Origin: a bacterium
GTDB taxonomy: Bacteria > SZUA-182 > DTGQ01 > JAFGSM01
NCBI GenBank assembly: GCA_049472335.1
Contig: JBLIRO010000015.1
Span: 8,447 to 72,446 of the forward strand
DNA: 64,000 nt
Direction of reading: 5' to 3'
The notes below the pieces were generated by a model, which was not told where the DNA came from, did no database searches, and saw only the letters and a program-made list of their open reading frames with translations. A program made the position numbers and the translations under genes. Shown here one piece after another: positions 29,309 through 39,252 of the stretch (positions within the stretch are counted from its first letter, which is position 1; every line of letters starts with the position of its first letter).

Positions 29309-30196
29309 ATGGATAGAATCGCAAAAGGTTGTATTTTAGGAATTTTATGCATTATTTTGACATTTTCACTCAGTACTGCATATGGGCAGGGCTTTTTTAA
29401 TTTCGAGGCATCCACTGAATTCCTGAACCGGGAAAGCGATTATTACGAGATGAGAGACTATGGTTTAATAGCGACAAGTTATTTCAAAAAGGTCGATCTT
29501 GGCAGTCATCCCTGGGCAGAAGCCGCTTTTATGGAGCATGCCAGCAGTATTTCAGTGCCTGCGGGAATTATACAGGTTGAAAACTCTGATAGCGAAGATG
29601 GGGATGGTTCTGTATTTGGAGTGGATGTTACATATATACATCCCGTTCAACCAATCTATGCGAATGTATCCTTCTTTAAAACGGGTGTTGAGTTTGATAC
29701 CAGCAATGATGAGATCTCAATGAATCAATATAACCTGGGGATCGGGATGTTCGTCAGGAATGACTTGCTGGTCGCATTTAAATACGGATATGAGAAAGAG
29801 GAATTTAAGGATCAAGTCCTTGGTGTCTACAAGGTTAAAAATAATTTGTACAGTGTTGCTACCAAATGGGTAAATGAGAAGGCTAATGGTACGGCACTCA
29901 ATCTTGAAGGCAGCATAGGATTGGACAATTACGATAATGGTGTTAATGATGGATCAAACACCGTCCTGGGAGTTGCTGCTGATTATTATTTCAATCCCCG
30001 GATGAGTGTAGGCACCGGTTTGTCTTTAAATGCAGGTGATGATATGAGTGCCGAGGGTAACACCTTTGAGATCCGTTCTGCCATATTTTTTAATCCTCGC
30101 TTTTCTGTCAGAGCAGCTTTTGAACAGTTTTTTGCTGATAATGACAATGGCGAAGATGAGCAGACAATTAGCTTTAATCTATCAACACGTTTCTGA
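29309..30196 (+). CDS. Putative outer-membrane porin (beta-barrel)
   Basis: Signal peptide; 'P.AEAAF' motif of putative general porins; alternating amphipathic strands; C-terminal Phe; SD aaggag. Confidence 0.75.
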   Translation: MDRIAKGCILGILCIILTFSLSTAYGQGFFNFEASTEFLNRESDYYEMRDYGLIATSYFKKVDLGSHPWAEAAFMEHASSISVPAGIIQVENSDSEDGDGSVFGVDVTYIHPVQPIYANVSFFKTGVEFDTSNDEISMNQYNLGIGMFVRNDLLVAFKYGYEKEEFKDQVLGVYKVKNNLYSVATKWVNEKANGTALNLEGSIGLDNYDNGVNDGSNTVLGVAADYYFNPRMSVGTGLSLNAGDDMSAEGNTFEIRSAIFFNPRFSVRAAFEQFFADNDNGEDEQTISFNLSTRF

Positions 30197-30244
30197 AAAA
30201 TAGTAAAACTGGTAGAATGTAAAAAGCCTTTGACATAATAAGGG

Positions 30245-30312
30245 GGGGTGAGCAAATGGAGACTTTCAGGGTCCGTTCTTTTTTCCCGGCAACCCTTGCC
30301 ATTGCTCACTCC
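30245..30312. other. Long GC-rich stem-loop downstream of the porin gene
   Basis: ggggtgagcaaatgg ... ccattgctcactcc outer stem with inner aggg/ccct and ccg/cgg pairings. Confidence 0.5.
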
Positions 30313-30637
30313 GCTTATTGGTCATCCGTTTTTTTAATCATTTATCCTTGCTCAAACAATTACCTATAATTTTTTTGTTATATTCGCTTTCTCAATCCTT
30401 AATAGATTTCAAATGCAAGATCCGGATTTAATATCGATTGATGCGAAAGAGAAAAATAACCGATTATTTAAAAGAGAGAAGCTGAGGCTGATTCTTGATT
30501 ATAGGTTTTTAAAGTAGCAGCCGCTTTATAAATTAAGGCCCTTTGATCTGATGTGCGATTTCTGAGAGAATGAAACAATTAATCTTGAAGAAAGGAGGCC
30601 GAAAATTCTTGCCAAAATAAAAAAACCGGATAGACCA

Positions 30638-30988
30638 ATGGAAAAGGAACATGACAATCTGAATTCTTTAAAACTGGTGCTTTGGAACTCCGGGACTGAA
30701 AATATAAAAAAGGAAGTCAAGATTGTTTTGCCGGATGGCGTAGATATTCAGGATGCCAAAGTTGTATCATCCCTGAATCCTTTAAATAATGTTCAGGTCA
30801 ATGTGGATCCGGCTTCCAGAAACACGGCGGTTATCAATTTTGATAATTTGTCGATGAAAGAGGGATGTCTTATATCCTTACTTCATACCAATTCAAAAGA
30901 AGAGGCACAAGAGAATCTCTTAAAAAAGGGGATATCCGATCTGGAGAAAGATCTGCCAAATCACCTAAAAAACGAGATCTCGAATTAG
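30638..30988 (+). CDS. Hypothetical protein (possibly a truncated fragment)
   Basis: 116-aa ORF with beta-rich, protein-like composition; no recognised family. Confidence 0.5.
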   Translation: MEKEHDNLNSLKLVLWNSGTENIKKEVKIVLPDGVDIQDAKVVSSLNPLNNVQVNVDPASRNTAVINFDNLSMKEGCLISLLHTNSKEEAQENLLKKGISDLEKDLPNHLKNEISN

Positions 30989-31100
30989 ATCTCAAATTTA
31001 AGTAGACTCTTTATCAAAATACATTCACAGGGTCAGCCGGACTTAATTAATAATAGAATGCTATATAGGCAGCAGACGTCCCGATATAGATCCTGATCCT

Positions 31101-32315
31101 CTAATATAGATTCTGATCAATGATGTAACCAATTCCAAAACCTTTATCCAGCAGGTTATCTCTAATGGGTGTTACATCGATCTTTTTATTCATAAGCATT
31201 CGGTATATACCGGCAGACTTGATATCTCCCGCCAGTTGAAACCCGACAATGCGGTTGTCAGACAGATACAGTTTTTTCAGGACATTATCCCTCCGTATAC
31301 ACACCTCCTCTCCTTCTTTTATACCGGCGGCAATAATTTTGATACCCAGATGCTTGAGACTATGCATGTTTTCGGCTCCTTCATAGGAGAAATCCCACCC
31401 AAGTATCCTTTGGGCAACTAAACGGCCCTGGGATATCGCATTAGGGAAAATGGCATGCACATATCTTTTGCCGGTTAATAGATCAAGAGTTTCAGCTACA
31501 TCTCCCGCCGCGTATACATCGGGGAAATTGGTCTGAAGGTGCTCATCAACCGGGATGCCCCATTTGGTTTGGATGCCCGATCCTTTTAGACACTCTATGT
31601 TTGGCTTTACTCCTGTCGCTGCAATCAAAATGTCTGAATTCAGTGTCTCTCCTGATTCCAGTTCCACGGCCTCAGCCCGGGCATCCCCTACAAATCCCTT
31701 TACCCTTGTTTTTAGCCGAACATCAACATTGCTTTCCTTTACTGATCGAAGGGCAATTTCTGCCGTTTCAGCGTCCAGGCTGTTGGGCATAATCTGGCTG
31801 CCCATTTCAAACAGGGTTACATTGAGACCCAGTTTGCTGAGGAGAAGGGCAATTTCAACACCGATAAAGCCTGCACCAACAATGATCGCGTTATGTAAAA
31901 GACCTTTCCGAATCTCTTTAACCATTTTATCAGCAGCCATGAAAGATTTGAAATTGTAGATGCCGGGTTTATCTGCTCCTGGTAATGGAGCATAAGGACG
32001 GCTTCCTGAAGCAATCACCAGTCTGTCATAATTAAACTTCCCACCGTCAGCCAGGCGAATTGCATGATCTTCGGGTATGATCTCCACAACTTCTTTCTCA
32101 GGCCTATAGTCCAGTTCGAGGGTTTCCGGAACATCTTTCCACCTCCATAGGTGAGATTCCCGGTCAGTCATGAAATAGTCTATCATTGCAGGTGGTGAAT
32201 ATGGAGGGGAAGGCTCACTGGAGAATAGAAGGATTTCTTCACGATAATTATTCTGCCGCAAAGTCTCTGCCACAGTTATACCTGCAGGACCTGCTCCTAT
32301 GATAATTATTTTCAT
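31101..32315 (-). CDS. FAD-dependent NAD(P)H oxidoreductase (CODH-associated FNOR, NirB/rubredoxin reductase-like)
   Basis: Two Rossmann motifs (GAGPAG, GAGFIG), 'T..PDVYAAGD'; directly downstream of cooS. Confidence 0.9.
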   Translation of the reverse strand: MKIIIIGAGPAGITVAETLRQNNYREEILLFSSEPSPPYSPPAMIDYFMTDRESHLWRWKDVPETLELDYRPEKEVVEIIPEDHAIRLADGGKFNYDRLVIASGSRPYAPLPGADKPGIYNFKSFMAADKMVKEIRKGLLHNAIIVGAGFIGVEIALLLSKLGLNVTLFEMGSQIMPNSLDAETAEIALRSVKESNVDVRLKTRVKGFVGDARAEAVELESGETLNSDILIAATGVKPNIECLKGSGIQTKWGIPVDEHLQTNFPDVYAAGDVAETLDLLTGKRYVHAIFPNAISQGRLVAQRILGWDFSYEGAENMHSLKHLGIKIIAAGIKEGEEVCIRRDNVLKKLYLSDNRIVGFQLAGDIKSAGIYRMLMNKKIDVTPIRDNLLDKGFGIGYIIDQNLY

Positions 32316-32334
32316 TGGCGTCTCCTAATGCTTA

Positions 32335-34281
32335 TTAAGAGGTTGCATCCGGCATGGGAATGCTGTCAGGTTCGATGAAAGGCAGCCCCAGGGCTTTACG
32401 CTTTTTTTCGATGTGTCGTTGAATTAGAACGGCTGCCGCTTCCGGGTCCGGCTCAACGGCAAAGGTCGCACCGACAACATCCTCTAAGCCCTCTGCCAAT
32501 AGACTTACAACATTAGGGCTTCCAAAGATAGCTGGTTGAACCCCCAGCACGGTGTAAATTCCGGAAGCCACAACATATGAACCTATGGATACCGCCTTTT
32601 CCGAATACCATTCGGGAGCCGCGCCTGCTAGCGGAAGAGCGCTTATATCCACACCAAGGAAATTGGCTAGGGCCGCTGCCAGCACCAAAATACGGGTATT
32701 ATCCACGCAGGACCCCATATGGAGTACGGGAGGGATGCCCAGTGTCCTACAAACAGTGCCCAGGCCAGGGCCTGCCATATCAGCGGCATCCGGCATCATA
32801 TGACCAACCTTGCCATTGGCTACGGCAGCACAACCTGTAACCACGACCAGGATATCTTTCTCGATAAGCCTCTGGGTCAGGGTGACGTGCGCATAATCCT
32901 GTCTTATCTTCGGATTGTTGCAACCTACCACGCCTACGGCACCACGGATCTTTCCTTCTTTGATTGCATTGACAAGAGGCTCCGGTGTGCCGCCAAGGGC
33001 TCCTACAATAGCCTCTACAGAGAAGCCGGCCATCAGATTTGTAGGTTCAACGGGTATATTCACACGTTCAGGGACCCTGTTGACAAAGTTTTCAATCGCC
33101 AGCCGTACTATATCTTTACCTATCTCAAGCCCGCGCTTGGGATCAAAGGACATATGAATCGCGCCTTTAAACTTGGCCTTGTCAAATGTAGATATAACCT
33201 TCGTGTGGAAGCACTTGGCGACATCCGTCACTGCGGGCATGATGCATTGATAGTCGACGATCATTGCCTCCAGTGCCCCGGTCATGATAGTCAATTCCTG
33301 CATCAGATGGTTCCCTGCCATGGGGATGCCTCTTCTCATCAATAGCTCATTGCCGGTACAGCAGAGTCCCACCAGGTTTATCCCTTGTGCCCCTTTTTCT
33401 GCAGCCAGATTAATCAGTTCCGGATCCTGGGCGGCCCGCACAATTACATCAGAGAGCATTGGATTATGTCCATGAAGTGCGATATTGACATGATCGGATT
33501 TGAGGACCCCGAGGTTTACACATGATTGAATGGGATTAGGGGTCCCGAAGAGGACATCGGAGATTTCAGTTGCAACCATAGACCCGCCCCAACCATCGGA
33601 GAGACTGGTACGAAGTGCGTGTAACAAGATATTGACATAGTCATTATCAACGCCCATATGGGTTCGATGCAGCACCTCTACGTTCTCTCTGTCGATACCA
33701 CGGGGTATTATTCCCAGGTTCTCCCAGATAGCCTTACGGGATTCGGGCGCCCTGTTGACAAAGGTAAGGCATTCCTTTCGGGTCCCGAAATCCTCCATTA
33801 TCTCCCAGGCAAGGTCTTTTGCAATCTCCTTTGGCTCCCGGCCGTCTACTGGTACCCCGTATTCCGTAGCCAGTCTTTTGAGTTTTTCTACATCAGTGAT
33901 TTCATAGGCTGTTGTGTCTCCCTGGCCTGTATGGTATAAAGCCTCCAATATGTCCCGACCATGATCGGAATGGGCCGACGCACCTGCGGCTATGGATCGT
34001 GCCAGGTTGCGGGATACAACTATATCCGCGTCCGCGCCGCAAACCCCCTTCTTAGGCCCTGTTTCATCAAATGGGTCGATTCGGCAAGGACCCATTGCGC
34101 AGTTGCGGCAACTAAGTCCAAGGGCGCAGTATCCGCATTGGGGCTCTTGATCAGCCAGCCGGTCCCATGCAGTCTCGATGTTTTCCTCCTTTGCAATGCT
34201 CAACATGTCCTGAGCATCTATGTGTATGCTGAATTTATCAAAATCCTGACCTTGTCTGTTTCGATTACGCATGCCTGCCAT
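32335..34281 (-). CDS. cooS: Anaerobic Ni-Fe carbon monoxide dehydrogenase catalytic subunit
   Basis: B-cluster 'CRNCAMGPC..GVCG'; C-cluster ligands in HGHNP, CCTGNE, DYQC, GCNN, TGC, GSCVD; catalytic His ('AHSDH') and Lys ('SEKA'). Confidence 0.97.
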   Translation of the reverse strand: MAGMRNRNRQGQDFDKFSIHIDAQDMLSIAKEENIETAWDRLADQEPQCGYCALGLSCRNCAMGPCRIDPFDETGPKKGVCGADADIVVSRNLARSIAAGASAHSDHGRDILEALYHTGQGDTTAYEITDVEKLKRLATEYGVPVDGREPKEIAKDLAWEIMEDFGTRKECLTFVNRAPESRKAIWENLGIIPRGIDRENVEVLHRTHMGVDNDYVNILLHALRTSLSDGWGGSMVATEISDVLFGTPNPIQSCVNLGVLKSDHVNIALHGHNPMLSDVIVRAAQDPELINLAAEKGAQGINLVGLCCTGNELLMRRGIPMAGNHLMQELTIMTGALEAMIVDYQCIMPAVTDVAKCFHTKVISTFDKAKFKGAIHMSFDPKRGLEIGKDIVRLAIENFVNRVPERVNIPVEPTNLMAGFSVEAIVGALGGTPEPLVNAIKEGKIRGAVGVVGCNNPKIRQDYAHVTLTQRLIEKDILVVVTGCAAVANGKVGHMMPDAADMAGPGLGTVCRTLGIPPVLHMGSCVDNTRILVLAAALANFLGVDISALPLAGAAPEWYSEKAVSIGSYVVASGIYTVLGVQPAIFGSPNVVSLLAEGLEDVVGATFAVEPDPEAAAVLIQRHIEKKRKALGLPFIEPDSIPMPDATS

Positions 34282-34296
34282 TATAACCTCCCTAAG

Positions 34297-34914
34297 TTAT
34301 CGTTTGTTCATTTTTTCAACTTTTTTGCCCCATCCACGCCAGGATTCCATATGTTTGGGGACACGCAACATTTCTGGCTTAGTCTCGCCCACACCCACTG
34401 AAATTTCCTTAGATAAGCGCGTGCGAGCCGATTTTATAAGATCATTCAATTCACCAAATACAAGTGCATCAACCTTACAGGCTTCAACACAGGCAGGGAC
34501 CTTCCCTTTTCGCCGGCGATCGATACAGTGATCGCATTTTACTGCGACAGATTTTCCTGGTCCCGAATCCTGTTGGGGACAAAAGGTGAGTACATCAAAA
34601 GGACAGACCATCGCGCACATTGCGCAGGTGATACACTTCTTTCCATCGACAAGAACCATACCATGATCGGAATCGCGGCTGATTGCTCCCGTAGGGCAAA
34701 CGCCCATGCATGGAGCCGGATCACAGTGGCGACACTGGTTGGGCAAAGAGGAGTTAAGATATAGTCCGGGTGCAACGAGAATACGGGGACGAGGAGTGAT
34801 ACGTTCATAAATCGCTTTGTAAATATTCTTGCTTTCGGAATGCTCGACTGCACAAGCTATCTGACATTGTTTGCAGCCGATACACCGTTCAGGATTGATA
34901 AATATAGTTTTCAT
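34297..34914 (-). CDS. cooF: CooF-like 4x[4Fe-4S] electron-transfer protein
   Basis: Four Cys motifs (CIGCKQC..C, CRHC..C..CP, CITCAMC..CP, CDHC..C..C); upstream of cooS; SD aaggagg. Confidence 0.9.
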   Translation of the reverse strand: MKTIFINPERCIGCKQCQIACAVEHSESKNIYKAIYERITPRPRILVAPGLYLNSSLPNQCRHCDPAPCMGVCPTGAISRDSDHGMVLVDGKKCITCAMCAMVCPFDVLTFCPQQDSGPGKSVAVKCDHCIDRRRKGKVPACVEACKVDALVFGELNDLIKSARTRLSKEISVGVGETKPEMLRVPKHMESWRGWGKKVEKMNKR

Positions 34915-35368
34915 GTAGGTTGCCTCCTTTTTTGAGCGGAAAGGCTAATATACTCCTTTTCAACCTCCCGCTTAACGAAAAGGGAATATAATAATGCTCG
35001 TGATTTTTATTCTTTTTATATCCAATTGCATAAGCTAAGGGGGGTGTCTTTGCAAGGAAAATTAATTAATCTAAAGCTCAAGATTCTGCTGTCGCTTACT
35101 TCTCACAATAATTTCATAGTGTGATGATTAAAACTTAATATAAAAGGTTTGTCCTAAAGTTATTTTTCAGGTGTATAGTATGCTTGAAAAACAATTAGTT
35201 AGAAATATTATTATTTTTCAGCCAACATATTTTATTTATCGGACAAACAATAAAAATATATCTAAGGATTTTGAATCTGTCAACCAGAAACAGGATTCTC
35301 TAAGGGAATGCAAGATTTTGACTCCGATTTTATGGTTAAAGAAGGGGATTTAAATTTAAAAAGGGAGT

Positions 35369-35872
35369 TTAATTGGTAATCTCGGTCGTGCTCTGAGAAA
35401 CATGCCTTTCAATGTATATAATGAATTCATTAATCTGTAATTCTAGCACTGAAAGTTGTTTTTCTGCACCCTTAAGCTTTTTTTCTTTGCCCATTTTTTC
35501 CAATTTCAAGGCTGTATCTTTAATCTCTGATATATTAAAATTCGTTAAGGAACCTGCCAGTCTATGGGCGGCCTTTTCAACAGATTCAGGGTTATTTTCA
35601 AGGATCATTTTGCGTATCGTTTCTATCTGATTCGGATAGGTTTCCAGAAATATTTCAAATATTTCTTTAAAGAATTCTAAGTCACCATCAAAATTACTTG
35701 TAATTATTGACATGTCAAAATCAAGACCATAAGAAATCTCTTTTTGATTGTTCTTTGTATTTTTAGCTTTAATATCCGGTTGATTACCAGGATACACTTC
35801 AGTCACAAAACCCTTTATTTCCTGGCTGTTTCTCTTATTTTTGGACTTAATAATTGACTGGGTTTTGGTCAT
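35369..35872 (-). CDS. Hpt (histidine phosphotransfer) domain protein
   Basis: 'GDLEFF.EI..IFL..AAHRLAGS..A.KLE'. Confidence 0.85.
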   Translation of the reverse strand: MTKTQSIIKSKNKRNSQEIKGFVTEVYPGNQPDIKAKNTKNNQKEISYGLDFDMSIITSNFDGDLEFFKEIFEIFLETYPNQIETIRKMILENNPESVEKAAHRLAGSLTNFNISEIKDTALKLEKMGKEKKLKGAEKQLSVLELQINEFIIYIERHVSQSTTEITN

Positions 35873-36344
35873 AAAATCCTCTTAAAATGATATTGTAAAA
35901 CAATTTTTGTATTCTTTATTTAAATCGTCTTTTTTAAAACTTTTCACTGATTATCTGGGCTGATTCCTTTGGATATCGAGATGTAATTCGGGCCGGTAAC
36001 TTTTCATTTGTCTTTTAAACTTGAATTTTGCTTGCAATGATTATTCAATATAATTATAATTGTATTATATTCCCTTTTCTCATTGTTGTATCAAAACTAT
36101 TGCATCCAATTATTTAGTCATTATTGTCAGATTGCTTATGATCATAGTCGAATTCTCGTCTCTTTTGGCTTATTATACGTTGACATAATGATTCGGATAT
36201 ATATCATGTTTTGTTTAGTCTTATACCACTAAGAAGAGAAACAAACTGGAAAAAATAATGATAAATCAATTTTATTGTTATTTTCCTGTGTTTTTATAAC
36301 TGAAAAAATTACTTAAACTTTAGCTCTAAAAGGAGGAGGGAAAA

Positions 36345-36797
36345 ATGTCAAAGACATTGGTAGAAATGGCTGCCGAAATAGTAACAGCGCAAGCATCAAA
36401 TACACAGATGTCATCGGAAGAAATAAGCGATACCTTAAAAAAATTATTTTTTACACTTAAAGACATCAAAGATAAAGAAGAAGGAGGGGGGACTTTATTT
36501 GAAGTCGCTGGCATAGAAAAGGGTCAGGCTCCTGTTGAGCCGAAGGATTCGATCCAGAGAAACAAGATCGTTTGCCTGGAATGTGGCAAGGAGTTCAAGC
36601 AGCTTTCTAAATCTCATTTAAAGACCCATGATCTGACACCCAGGGAATACAAAAAAAAATATGGCCTTAAAACCGGCCAGGCTTTAGTAGCTAAGTCGCT
36701 AACGGCAAAAAGAAGAAAATTGGCAAAGGAAAAGAAGTTGGGCAGCAAGCTTGCAGAATACCGTAAGAAAAAGGCTGCTGGTAAAGCCACGGGATAG
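36345..36797 (+). CDS. MucR/Ros family zinc-finger regulator / nucleoid-associated protein
   Basis: 'EMAAEIV.A', 'SI....IVCLECGK.FKQL..HL..H.LTP.EY..KYG', 'R..LAK'; SD aaggaggag. Confidence 0.92.
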   Translation: MSKTLVEMAAEIVTAQASNTQMSSEEISDTLKKLFFTLKDIKDKEEGGGTLFEVAGIEKGQAPVEPKDSIQRNKIVCLECGKEFKQLSKSHLKTHDLTPREYKKKYGLKTGQALVAKSLTAKRRKLAKEKKLGSKLAEYRKKKAAGKATG

Positions 36798-36916
36798 TTA
36801 TAGCAAGTTTTTGGAAACCTTATAAGTAACTTATTTAAGATTCTTTAAGAAAGTTGGTCCGGTTGGCTTGTTGTTTTGCTGATTAGAAATTTATAGGAGG
36901 ATTTATTTTTAATATC

Positions 36917-37567
36917 ATGAGGATTGTGGTAATTGGGGATATTCATGAAAGTGTCGGAAATTTAGAAGATATAAATGATATATCCAAGGCATCATGTGTA
37001 ATAATTAACGGAGATCTGACTAATGTCGGGGGGATTGAGCGGGCTAAAAAGGTTATCGAGTATATAAATTATTTTAATCCCTCCGTATATGCCCAGGCTG
37101 GCAATTTCGACAGAAAAGAGGTGGAAACATATCTGATTGAACAAGGTATTAGCTTGCATGGTAATGGATTTATAAAGGGGAATATTGGAATTTTCGGTGT
37201 TGGAGGATCAAACAAGACCCCTTTCGGCACCCCTAACGAGTTTGAAGAAAATGAGATAGAATCATTCATATTTGAGGGGTATAAGAAGGTGAAAAATGCA
37301 CCCCTGAAGCTTTTTATCTCCCATGCTCCGCCTTTTCATTCATCAGTAGATATTGTTACCAGTGGCCAGCATGTAGGAAGCAAGGCTGTAAGGGCTTTCA
37401 TCGATAATTATCAGCCCGATGTGTGTATAACCGGCCATATACATGAGGCAAAGGGAGAAGACAGGATTGGGCAAACGAGGATAATAAATCCAGGACCATT
37501 TAAGAATGGAGGCTACGTCGAAATCATTGAAGAAAAAGGTTTTTTAAGAGCGATTTTGATGCAGTAA
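36917..37567 (+). CDS. Metallophosphoesterase (calcineurin-like, Icc-related)
   Basis: DIH, GD, GNFD, HAPP, GHIHE motifs. Confidence 0.9.
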   Translation: MRIVVIGDIHESVGNLEDINDISKASCVIINGDLTNVGGIERAKKVIEYINYFNPSVYAQAGNFDRKEVETYLIEQGISLHGNGFIKGNIGIFGVGGSNKTPFGTPNEFEENEIESFIFEGYKKVKNAPLKLFISHAPPFHSSVDIVTSGQHVGSKAVRAFIDNYQPDVCITGHIHEAKGEDRIGQTRIINPGPFKNGGYVEIIEEKGFLRAILMQ

Positions 37568-37587
37568 TTGCTATACAAGGGCTAAGT

Positions 37588-37929
37588 ATGATAAACGCTT
37601 ATGAGTTTGGATCAATTATTGTTAACGGCAAGGAATATACAAGGGACATAATTATTTATCCGGATGGACATATAAAGGATTCATGGTGGAGGAAGGATGG
37701 GCACAGGCTTTCAAATGAAGATTTAACAGACCTTATCAAATCGGGACCGGAGATAATTATTGCTGGCACCGGCGCCTATGGATTGATGCGGCCCGAAGAG
37801 GGATTAAAAAACCAACTCCAAAAAAGCGGTATTGAATTTAAATCAGCACCATCCGGGGATGCAATTAAGCTGTATAATAAACTCTATGAGAAAAAGAGGG
37901 TAGGCGCTTGTTTTCATTTGACTTGTTGA
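37588..37929 (+). CDS. Mth938-like (DUF498) protein
   Basis: 'YEFG.I.VNG..Y..D', 'GTGAYG.M', C-terminal 'FHLTC'. Confidence 0.9.
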   Translation: MINAYEFGSIIVNGKEYTRDIIIYPDGHIKDSWWRKDGHRLSNEDLTDLIKSGPEIIIAGTGAYGLMRPEEGLKNQLQKSGIEFKSAPSGDAIKLYNKLYEKKRVGACFHLTC

Positions 37930-38067
37930 TATCTTAACAGGATAATTCGTATCCAAAATTTCTCCATTCGAAAAAATTCCTGTTTTTATTGACTAGTAAT
38001 ACTGTTGGTGTCATAATGGACTAATATCTCACAAATAAAACGATAATAATTTTTCAAGGGGATAAGG

Positions 38068-38337
38068 ATGAAAATCGAGGTTAAAAGAGCAAACAAGGAA
38101 GAAATGGAAAAAAAAGGTGTAACTTCCTGGCCGATATGGGAAAAAGAGATTTCGAAATTCGATTGGTACTATGATTCAACTGAAGAATGTTACTTGTTGC
38201 AAGGCTCGGTTGAGGTAGTAACTGAAGAAGGCGAAAAAGTGAAATTTGGAAAAGGTGATTTCGTGACCTTTCCCAAGGGACTTTCCTGTACCTGGGACAT
38301 AAAGGAGCCTGTAAAGAAACATTATAATTTCAGGTAA
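38068..38337 (+). CDS. Cupin (DUF861/Cupin_3) protein
   Basis: 'WPIWEKE.S.F.W.YD..E.CY...G....GD.V.FP.G..C.W....V.KHY'. Confidence 0.9.
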   Translation: MKIEVKRANKEEMEKKGVTSWPIWEKEISKFDWYYDSTEECYLLQGSVEVVTEEGEKVKFGKGDFVTFPKGLSCTWDIKEPVKKHYNFR

Positions 38338-38552
38338 AAAAAAACAGAAAATCATATTTTTAAAAAATATCAATTACTCTTATAATGACCTTCCTATGAG
38401 TCTTCTGTGCTTGAAACCTTCCTGATATATTTTGACAGTTCGGCTGGGCTGTTGCAACATTTCGCAACACTATGTGTCTGTCATGTCTAAAATATAAATT
38501 ATAAAAAAAATATAAAACAAATAATTAAAGGGTATAGGCCTTTATCCCCACA

Positions 38553-38568
38553 TGGCATCTTTAATGCA
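38553..38568 (+). promoter_or_regulatory. Putative sigma54 (-24/-12) promoter
   Basis: tGGcatctttaatGCa: GG-N10-GC with TGGCA. Confidence 0.5.
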
Positions 38569-38671
38569 GATTAAGAATATATATTAAAAATACCTTGTTC
38601 TTTTAAAATCTTATCACATTATACCCTTTATCTTTTTTTTCTGTTATTTAAAAAAATAAAGGGGGATAATT

Positions 38672-38761
38672 ATGTTTAATGTAATTATATGGATAGCAAT
38701 TTTGGGGATTTTAAGTATTCTTTGTGTTTGGATTTCAAATATTGGCCATCAAAAAGAGTAA
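38672..38761 (+). CDS. Putative 29-aa single-TM small protein
   Basis: MFNVIIWIAILGILSILCVWISNIGHQKE*, preceded by SD-like 'aggggga'; below the ORF-track cutoff. Confidence 0.4.
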   Translation: MFNVIIWIAILGILSILCVWISNIGHQKE

Positions 38762-39252
38762 TGATTTTTTTTATTGATCGTCTAATATTTTATCTTGTAT
38801 TATTTATAAAATATAAGGTTGAGTATTTTACTATCTCTTAAAAGAGGACCGTTTATTACGGAAAACTTATGATAGTAAAGCTCCCCCCAGGCTTACTATC
38901 CGAATTTTCAGAATATCAAATAAAAATAATCCATTTAGATCGGATGGAGACATTTTTTGATTAAAAAGATTGCTTCTATTTTTATCGTTAAAAGTACAAT
39001 CTTTGTGAGTAAAAATAATGATCAAAATCATATGAATTCAATTCATTTTGAGGATGAACCGGTGCATCGGAAAAAGCGAAGAATTTAAGCAATAGGATAT
39101 TGCTTAGCTTATTCGCGATTATAAACAATCTGATTGATTGTTATTTAATATAAGGGAAGGGGGTGATATGGTCAAAATTTTATAATAAAATTCCAACTAT
39201 CGTTTATAGGTCAACCATAAAATCAACTTTAAGATTAGTTGGGGGGTTAGGC

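Noticed and set aside
34930..35170. CooA/CRP binding site upstream of cooF
   Set aside because: Only half-sites in the wrong orientation or spacing; no TGTCA-N6-CGACA-like match found.
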